From assembly GCA_963921275.4 (NCBI GenBank), contig OZ001293.3:1472001-1536000 (forward strand): a stretch of DNA of 64,000 nt, written 5' to 3'. The notes beneath the pieces were generated by a model, which made no database searches, was not told the DNA's origin, and saw only the letters and a program-made list of their open reading frames with translations. Source of the stretch: an uncultured Hormoscilla sp. Its GTDB lineage: Bacteria; Cyanobacteriota; Cyanobacteriia; Cyanobacteriales; Desertifilaceae. Of the stretch, positions 56,804 through 64,000 are shown in pieces. The position numbers were made by a program, and so were the translations under genes. Positions within the stretch are counted from its first letter, which is position 1; every line of letters begins with the position of its first letter.

Positions 56804-57868
56804 ATGGATAACGTAGCAGCGGATTATGACGGGACGTGGAAACAGGCGCTTATAGACTACTTCGAGCCCTGCATGGAATTTTTATACCCGGTAGCCCATG
56901 GGGACATAAACTGGCGTCAGGGCTATGAAATTCTGAATACAGAATGGCAAAAAATTGTCCCCGAAGCCGAAGTGGGCAAGCGGTTCACGGACCTATTGGT
57001 GAAAGTGTGGCGAAAGAATGGCTCCGAGAGCTATGTGCTAGTACATATAGAAGTTCAAGGGGAGTATGAAAAAGACTTTCCAGAACGGATCTACGTTTAC
57101 AACAGCCTGATCTTCCTGCGCCACCGGCTTCCGGTGGTCAGCTTGGTAATTTTAGGCGATGACAGACCCTCATGGAAACCAAATGAGTTTGTTTCGACGC
57201 TTTGGGAGAGTCGAACATATCTCTCTTATCGGGTAGTAAAACTGCTGGACTACCAAAACCAGTGGGAAGAGTTGGGGAAAAGCACAAATCCATTTGCAGT
57301 GATGGTTCGAGCCCATCTGAAGACAATGGCGACGCGCCAGGACGCCCGGGAACGGTTGGAATGGAAAAGCAGGGTAGTCAGAGAGCTGTTGGATGTAGGA
57401 TATACTCAAAAGGAGATTCGCAACCTGTTACGGCTGGTGTACGGAATGATGCGACTACCAGAGAATTTAGAACGGGAATTTCAACTGCGACTAGATAGTT
57501 TTTTGGAGGAAAAAAAGATGCCCTATGCAATGATGCCTTGCGAGCAAGATGCCATGGAACGAGGACGGATCCAAGGACTGGAAGAGGGACTGGTACGGGG
57601 ACTGGTACGGGGACTGGAACGAGGACTGGCACAGGGACTGGAAAGGGGAATCCTGCAAAAAAGCCGAGAGGATATAATCGACATCCTAGTTCTGAGGTTT
57701 TCCGAAGTACCGGAGCAGATTGTCGATCGCATAAACGAACTGGATGATGCCTCGGTACTGCGGGAGCTTTTGAGGCGAGCAGTGACGATCGCCTCTCTAT
57801 CAGAGTTCTCCGAAGAGATCGAGCGACTGACTGCTGCCGAAGATAGTAGTGCTGAGCAGCTAAACTAG
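56804..57868 (+). CDS. Rpn / PD-(D/E)XK putative transposase-nuclease family protein
   Basis: DYDGTWKQAL, TDLLVKV, HIEVQ, NPFA, GLxxGLxx repeats in the tail. Confidence 0.85.
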   Translation: MDNVAADYDGTWKQALIDYFEPCMEFLYPVAHGDINWRQGYEILNTEWQKIVPEAEVGKRFTDLLVKVWRKNGSESYVLVHIEVQGEYEKDFPERIYVYNSLIFLRHRLPVVSLVILGDDRPSWKPNEFVSTLWESRTYLSYRVVKLLDYQNQWEELGKSTNPFAVMVRAHLKTMATRQDARERLEWKSRVVRELLDVGYTQKEIRNLLRLVYGMMRLPENLEREFQLRLDSFLEEKKMPYAMMPCEQDAMERGRIQGLEEGLVRGLVRGLERGLAQGLERGILQKSREDIIDILVLRFSEVPEQIVDRINELDDASVLRELLRRAVTIASLSEFSEEIERLTAAEDSSAEQLN

Positions 57869-57990
57869 CCGTTCGTAGTAAACGCAAAGCGCGTTTGCTG
57901 ACTTTCACAGAACCGAGAGCAGTCTGGTTTAATCAGAGTCATAAGAGGGGCTCACGCCCCTCCTGAAATTAGAGCGCGATCGCCCCTCTG

Positions 57991-58210
57991 ATACCATTTG
58001 GAAAAAATGTTGCTACAATTATTGTGCGAAAGTTCTCTCACTTCGCTGCTATCCCGCCTTCCCTGTCTGGTGGGTAGTGTGGGGACATCGTACTCGCACT
58101 ACCCACCAGACAGGGAGGGTTCAAACCCCCGTCTAATAGCTAAAGTCCGTTAAAACCGACTAATAAGATAATGAGCAACTAATTGTAGCATTGTTTTTCC
58201 AAAATGGGAT
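57991..58210. mobile_element. MITE of the same family as 20194-21022
   Basis: Imperfect TIR ataccatttggaaaaaatgttgctaca / tgtagcattgtttttccaaaatgggat. Confidence 0.6.
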
Positions 58211-58257
58211 GACACTATAAAAAGGGGCGATCGCAGCTTTAACCCAGCAAGATTACA

Positions 58258-59493
58258 TCAAACTGCGGAACGCTTTACCAACTGCATTATAGCAGCGAAA
58301 AGAAATTGTATTAGTCGCCAGCACATTAATAATAGGATGCCTACCGTCAAAGTCGAAATGAGAAAAGATGTTATTTGCTCAAAACCTAGCGGTTTATGCG
58401 AATTTAGTAATTGCTGGACTAAGGTGGCAATTAAAGAAGGATAGCCCAAAAGTTCCTGCCATAGAATAGGGAAAATTATCCATAAAAAATAGCCAATAAT
58501 GCTAAAGCTAGCAACTGTGTAGACCGCTAAAATAGACATCATCAGTGGAGACCAAGGTAAACCCTTGGCTGAATAGTCGTTTGACTGACTAAATATATGG
58601 CGGAAAATGCGTGCTCGTTCGCGACTAAGATTGGTAACGCCTAAAGCGTCTGATAATGCCCAGTAGCCATCGAATTTTAATACCGGGTTGAGATCTAAAA
58701 TACAGCTAGAGGCGATCGCTAAAATGGCAATTTTTAAGGCTGTCCATTCGGTAAAATTGTAAAAATTTACATAAATTGCTGCTGTAACAAGCTGAAAATA
58801 AATTCCTCCCAAGTCAACTATTACCCGCTGCCAACGTTTCAACCTCCACGCATCGGTGACATCGCTGTAAAATACCGGAAAGATTAGGTAAATAGTTAAA
58901 CCGATATTACTGGGTTCTGCCCCATAATGAAAGCAAGCACTGGCGTGACCTAACTCATGGAGTAGCAGAGAAACGAACAAGAAAAAATATCCCCATATTA
59001 AGTCTTTTTCAGTAAAGCTAAGTTCTAAGTAATGTCGCGGAGCAATTACTGTGGCAGTAACAATAACAGCTAAAAGGAAAAAAGCTACTGGTCGGTAATA
59101 GGCAATGGAAAGATAAGTGGCAATCTTATTAACAACAAATTTGGGGAGAAGTGGCAGGCGCAGTAAAAAACCTGAAATCTTGTTTTTTTGATTACATTCG
59201 ATTTCGCTAATGCCAGAAAATACTTTTTTGTAGGCTGCCTCTACCTCAGATGGCGACAGATTTTTTCCGGTTTTTTGCCTAACTATTTCAGCGATTTCTT
59301 CAAATGATTTACCTACGCTCTGCTGGTAGAGGAGTTCGTAGGCAAAAGGTGATAGTCTGATATATCTCGGCGGAGCGCCAACTAATAATAAATAGACTGG
59401 TCTATTTTCCGATGTCTCCACAACCAGTCTTTCTTGAAGTCCTTGCCAATTATAGGTTTTCTCTATTGCCATATAGGTTTTCTCTATTGCCAC
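58258..59493 (-). CDS. M50 (site-2) membrane zinc metallopeptidase with an N-terminal RRE/PqqD-like domain
   Basis: HELGH and NPVLKFDGY motifs, several TM segments, N-terminal beta-strands plus helices. Start GTG 59493 or ATG 59472 (21-bp duplication). Confidence 0.85.
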   Translation of the reverse strand: MAIEKTYMAIEKTYNWQGLQERLVVETSENRPVYLLLVGAPPRYIRLSPFAYELLYQQSVGKSFEEIAEIVRQKTGKNLSPSEVEAAYKKVFSGISEIECNQKNKISGFLLRLPLLPKFVVNKIATYLSIAYYRPVAFFLLAVIVTATVIAPRHYLELSFTEKDLIWGYFFLFVSLLLHELGHASACFHYGAEPSNIGLTIYLIFPVFYSDVTDAWRLKRWQRVIVDLGGIYFQLVTAAIYVNFYNFTEWTALKIAILAIASSCILDLNPVLKFDGYWALSDALGVTNLSRERARIFRHIFSQSNDYSAKGLPWSPLMMSILAVYTVASFSIIGYFLWIIFPILWQELLGYPSLIATLVQQLLNSHKPLGFEQITSFLISTLTVGILLLMCWRLIQFLFAAIMQLVKRSAV

Positions 59494-59506
59494 TCTTCTA
59501 TCTCGA

Positions 59507-60460
59507 CTACTTTTGCAATGATTCAATATTTTTATGACAGATTTTGGCGATATCTATAGATAAAGATTTTAACTCTGTTTCCAACTTTTCAACCGCTACA
59601 GTTCGCCAAGCTAGTTGGGGAATATCTTTAGTTAGTTCTTTGGCGCGATCTAGACATTGGCAAGCTGCTTCGATAACATAATTAATATGTCCTCCGTAGA
59701 ATATTTTACGAGTCAAGTTTTTCAGTACGCGCTCGTCACATTTTACAGGCCATTCTTCAACTACACGCGACAGTAGTAGAGAGGGAGTCCCTGACTGTAA
59801 ATCTTCTTTCCAGTCTTGAATGTCGTCCCAGATTTGACATGCAATCAGATCCTGTTTGACAGCTTCACTCAATGATGCTAAAAGACTATCATCTCCTGCT
59901 AACTCTATCAATGCGGCAACACTGGTTTTAGCAAGTGCAGATTTATTAGCACCAATTTCAAGAGCTAATGTTTCAGTATATTCAGAAAATGGCAGTTCGC
60001 CAGAAGCAAATTTTTGCTCTGTAATGCAGGCATCTACATACTCGCGGTAGTAGCTGCGGAATAGTTCCCAGAACTGAGAATTCGCTGGGAAAAGAGAATA
60101 CAATATACTGTAGGCTTCTAACTGCATGGCTTGAAAGCTTAAAGCGTACTTTGTGGTCATCCAAGCTTCATTTGTGCGATCTATGATTCCATCGCACAGG
60201 ACCATGGATGTTCCAAAAAGTTTTACCACCACCATAAGGGGATGAATTTCTGTAAGTGATAGTGATGGAAATGCAGCTAAAAATAAGTCAGGTCCGTAGC
60301 CGGTCAGAGAGAAATCGAAATCTCTGGGAAATACTATATATTCGTGCCAGTTATCACTTAAACCGCGCAGTTCTTCTTCAATTTTTGCAAACTCCTCTTG
60401 CGTTTCTCTTAAAATCATTTGTTCCGTTAAATATTTTTGATTTTTACTATTAGCCGTCAT
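59507..60460 (-). CDS. Class I isoprenoid-synthase-fold enzyme (ComQ-like peptide prenyltransferase candidate)
   Basis: Helical-looking sequence with DGIID, a helix Lys (NKSAL) and QIWDDIQDWKED aspartate-rich motifs. Start 60460 preferred over 60490. Confidence 0.75.
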   Translation of the reverse strand: MTANSKNQKYLTEQMILRETQEEFAKIEEELRGLSDNWHEYIVFPRDFDFSLTGYGPDLFLAAFPSLSLTEIHPLMVVVKLFGTSMVLCDGIIDRTNEAWMTTKYALSFQAMQLEAYSILYSLFPANSQFWELFRSYYREYVDACITEQKFASGELPFSEYTETLALEIGANKSALAKTSVAALIELAGDDSLLASLSEAVKQDLIACQIWDDIQDWKEDLQSGTPSLLLSRVVEEWPVKCDERVLKNLTRKIFYGGHINYVIEAACQCLDRAKELTKDIPQLAWRTVAVEKLETELKSLSIDIAKICHKNIESLQK

Positions 60461-60485
60461 CACAACTGAATTAATAATTTTAAAT

Positions 60486-60514
60486 TGCATAGACTACATT
60501 ATCTAGTCTATGCA
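60486..60514 (-). terminator. Hairpin between precursor genes and the maturase gene
   Basis: tgcatagacta-cattatc-tagtctatgca, 11-bp perfect stem followed by an AT-rich tract on the minus strand. Confidence 0.6.
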
Positions 60515-60556
60515 TTGTTTGATCAAATGATCAAAACTACACCTCCGCACTTGTCA

Positions 60557-61255
60557 TCACTTCGGCCACCCTATCCCATAATCTGGTAGACCGACCGCGG
60601 CTAATTCCAGACGTTGTTCGAGTTCTTCAACATCCAAATTTTCCAAATCTTCAGCCTTAAGATTGCTGAATTTTTCTGACAATTTTTATGACAGCGTTTC
60701 CACTGTCAATACTCCGGACAGTTTTTAGACCCTATTTCGACCACAACCGTGTCTCCTGGGAGCTCGATGTCCCCGGGTCGCTCGATGTCTCGGGAGAGCT
60801 TGATGTCCCCCGGACGTATGGCGAAAACCCTACGATGTCCCCCGGACGCATGGCGAAGAAAACCCTACGATGTCCCCCGGACGCATGGCGAAAACCCGAG
60901 GGACATCGGGGGGACATCGGGGGGAGATCATAATCGCACTACTCCCGAGACATCGTAATCGCACTACCCCGGGGACATCATAATCGCACAAAAGGGGAGA
61001 CACGGCACAAGGGTTGCAGCCAAAAGGGCCTTATTTTTTTCAATGTCTGCTCGATGTCTCCCCTTTTGTGCGAGTAGTGCTCCCAGGAGACATCGAACCC
61101 AGGACTAACTTGCCTAAAATTGCTCTATCGAGCAAAGGCTGACGCTGCGATGCGCGAGGGGTAGTGCGAGTAGCGCGCCCCGAGTGCATCGCAAGGCTTG
61201 CAGCTACGTACAGCCAAAACGGTCCGGACTATTGCACTGTTTTATCTGCGTTCAT
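60557..61255 (-). pseudogene. RiPP precursor 2 (leader ...DVEELEQRLEL, core AAVGLPDYGIGWPK), interrupted by a MITE
   Basis: AGGAG + MNADKTV (61255-61235) continues after the insert as ETLS*KLSEKFSNLKAEDLENLDVEELEQRLELAAVGLPDYGIGWPK*. Confidence 0.8.
60707..61234. mobile_element. 528-bp MITE (CAATA termini) filled with small repeats
   Basis: TIR caatactccggacagttttt vs reverse complement caatagtccggaccgttttg; 6-bp TSD cactgt (60701-60706, 61235-61240). Confidence 0.85.
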
Positions 61256-61369
61256 TGCTTCTACTCCTACAATTAGATTGGACAAACTGGTACAGGAATA
61301 TACCACAGCAAGTAAAGTCACTGGGTGGGGTTATGTATATGGCGTTGCCATGATTTTACAATCATTCAA

Positions 61370-61525
61370 TTACATTAGCAAACCCCATATCCAAAAAAAT
61401 ACAGCGAAAGGATTTACTAATTCTAAACGTTCTTCGAGTTCTTCAACATCCAAATTTTCCAAATCTTCAGCCTTAAGATTGCTGAATTTTTCTGACAGCG
61501 TTTCCACTGTTTTATCTGCGTTCAT
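61370..61525 (-). CDS. RiPP precursor 1, 51 aa (acidic leader plus hydrophobic Trp-containing core VNPFAVFFWIWGLLM)
   Basis: AGGAG RBS; MNADKTVETLSEKFSNLKAEDLENLDVEELEERLELVNPFAVFFWIWGLLM*; leader almost identical to precursor 2. Confidence 0.8.
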   Translation of the reverse strand: MNADKTVETLSEKFSNLKAEDLENLDVEELEERLELVNPFAVFFWIWGLLM

Positions 61526-61787
61526 TGCTTCTACTCCTACAATTAGATTGGACAAACTGGTACAGGAAGAGACTACAGCAAGTAAAGTCACTCCATCTTA
61601 GACTAATGTGGCTCCCTTGGCTGCAAGCTACTTCAATTTTTAGTCTTCTCCTCTAGTATAGACACGATCTGGGATTCGCACAGTAAAAAAAGGGATAATA
61701 TAGGATAAGCTTGAAAATTTAAATTAGTGTAAAAGAATATAATTTAGTTGCCCAAGGTTGCCAAAGAGAGAAAAAGATACTATAATA

Positions 61788-62799
61788 ACCTAAGTTGCGA
61801 CCTATTAAAAAAAATATGAATTACCCACTTAGACTTTACAGATATTTGGGATATTTCGTAGCTTTTGATACAAAATTATATTTTTTTTGTGCTAGACGGC
61901 GGGTTGGCTGTTTATAGGTTATAATGTACTAAAATAATAGTTAATTGCTGGGGGATGTAGATGATGGAAGATATGATTACAACAATTTTTGTTCTTTGTG
62001 ACGAGCTACTAAAAGCGTTAAATATAAAAGAAGATCCACAAGTAAAAATGAACAATGCCGAAGTGATGACAGTCGGATTAGTTGCTGCATATTTTTTCGG
62101 AGGACACCACGATCGCTCTTGTCAATTTATGGTCCAACACAAGTATATAAAAAATCTGTTAAGTAAAAGTAGGTTCAATCGTCGATTACACAATATTGAG
62201 GAACCAATTTGGATGTTTTTCTTCCAAGTTATAGCTCAAACATTTAAAGAGCTCAATCCGGGTCAAGAATATATTCTTGATAGTTTCCCGGTGCCAGTAT
62301 GTGATAATATTAGGATTGATAGATGCCAAATTTATAACAAGGAAGAATATCGAGGGTATATTGCCAGTAAAAAACGTTATTTTTATGGATTAAGAGTTCA
62401 TATGTTGGTAAACAAAAATGGAAAGCCAATAGAATTTTATCTAGATCCTGGTAGTTATAATGATGTTAAAGTTTTGCAATCTTTTGGCTTTGACTTACCA
62501 TCAAATTCAATAGTTTATGGAGATAAAGCTTATAATGATTATCAATTAGAGGATTTACTAAAAGAGTCGTCAAGTATAATGTTAAAACCTTTGCGAAAAA
62601 AGAACTCAAAAAGAAAAGAATATTCTTGTTTTGAATATATACAAAAAGTAACAAGAAAACAAGTTGAAACCTGTTTTAGTCGAATCACCAATTTGTTTCC
62701 CAAGTCAATTCATGCTGTTACATCTAAGGGATTAGAGTTGAAAATAATTCTCTTTATAATAGCTTTTTGTATCCAATTTTTATAGGTCGCAACTTGAGT
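61788..62799 (+). mobile_element. IS982 family element with intact transposase (CDS 61961-62785), no target duplication
   Basis: 1012 bp; protein identical to the 52699-53523 copy; flanks tataata vs tatggta. Confidence 0.95.
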
Positions 62800-63966
62800 T
62801 ATGGTAATTTCGTACAGAGTCATTATGTCGGAAGTAACATCCAGGTATGTGGGGAAAGTTTGCCTTCTGCTGAAACTGCCGAAAACCGATCGCCCTCTAC
62901 CGCCACTAACCCAGACAGCATTAAACGGGAAAAAATCCACGATCTCACCGAGGCCCCGGAATGCGATCGCCTGTACGATCGGACCACAGAACTAACCACC
63001 CTGAAACAATGGATATTAGCAGAAAATATCCGCATCGTCACCATCATCGGATTATCAGGTATTGGCAAAACCGCCCTCGCCCGGCAACTCGTCGAACAAA
63101 TTAAAGATAAATTCGATCGCGTCATCTGGCGCAACTGTACCAACAGTCTCACGTTAGACTCGCTAGAAGCAAATTTAATGCAGTTTTTCTCCCGAGATCG
63201 AGAAACTCCATTACCATCCATCATTGATTATATGCGATCGCGCCCTTCTCTGATCGTACTCGACGACTTCCAAGAAACACTTCTCAGTGGAGAGTTAGCG
63301 GGCACCAACCATGAAAATTACAGTAAATTCTACAAGCAAATAGCAACCTTACCCCACAACAGTTGCTTGCTACTCCTGAGTTGGGAAAAACCGACCAGAA
63401 TAGTCACCTTAGAAAGCAGAAACCTTCCCTGTCGCACTTTACAACTTAATGGTTTAGGAGAGTCGGCGCGGGAAATATTTTCAGCAAGAGGATTAACTGA
63501 TGAAGATCAATGGTTAGAATTAATTCAACTGTACGGCGGTAATCCTTTATGGTTAAGTATAATTGCCAATACTATCCTCGAATTATTTAACGGTAGCCTC
63601 GCCCAGTTCCTATCCTATCCAAGTCTATTCTTAGGAGATTTAGAACCGATATTAGAGGCCCATTATCGACGCTTGTCCGAGTCGGAGAAATTAGTAATGC
63701 AGTGGTTAGCAACCCAAGATACAGCGGCAGATATTGCTCGCAAACCGACAAATTTCTCCTTTTCAGACTCTGATTTCCTGAAGGCAGTACAGTCTTTGCG
63801 CAAACGTTGTTTAATTACCAAAGTGACAGATAATAAAACATTGCGCTTCACCCTTCAACCCGCGATTAAAGAGTATATGAAAACAAAATATCATCCCAAA
63901 AGTGCTGACTACGGGCGGGGCGGCGGCTACGAATGGGACTTGGGTTCGATCTTACCAGATAGTTGA
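62800..63966 (+). pseudogene. NB-ARC/STAND ATPase, 5' end removed at the IS982 junction
   Basis: GLSGIGKT Walker A, LIVLDD Walker B, GGNPLWL, winged-helix tail. The ORF-track start lies inside the IS. Confidence 0.82.
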
Positions 63967-64000
63967 TAAATCCAGAACGAATCCTGATAAAACGCTTTCC

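Noticed and set aside
61164..61601. 145-aa plus-strand ORF with an internal repeat
   Set aside because: Antisense shadow of the duplicated precursor genes; the RBS and leader/core logic are on the minus strand.
62767..62799. ORF-track start of the NB-ARC protein; likewise the 5' extensions of clpP (15793), speA (20979), TpsB (8602) and 40534-40923
   Set aside because: These extensions run through IS, MITE, repeat or intergenic sequence and precede the recognisable N-termini.

Overview
Chromosomal window of a filamentous cyanobacterium. This is inferred from abundant HIP1 GCGATCGC octamers, the ndhL-DUF3007-trpA gene order, pmgA, a HetZ-like gene and a trnL(UAA) group I intron. A core-gene backbone (ndbB, nurA, clpP, ndk, speA, cugP, scpA, larC, trpA, asnS) is mixed with heavy mobile-element activity and gene decay. 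There are five IS982 copies: two with intact ORFs (one of them splitting dacB), one with a nonsense codon, and two sharing the same degenerate sequence. Also present are IS5, ISKra4 and ISAs1 remnants, several MITEs, nested very small repeats and about a dozen pseudogenes. Three things stand out. (1) A compact putative RiPP cluster at 58.3-61.6 kb has two tandem precursor genes sharing an acidic leader (DLENLDVEELE[E/Q]RLEL) with different Trp-containing cores, a ComQ-like class I isoprenoid-synthase-fold enzyme and an M50 membrane peptidase with an RRE-like N-terminus. It is a candidate prenylated-peptide or pheromone system. (2) A non-coding array of about 200-bp repeats with compensatory base changes at 46.06-46.49 kb sits directly upstream of a gene cut off by an IS. 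(3) An ORF-less group II intron at 42730-43563 has EBS1/EBS2 that match its flanking exon. All family assignments come from motif recognition by eye; no database searches were run.
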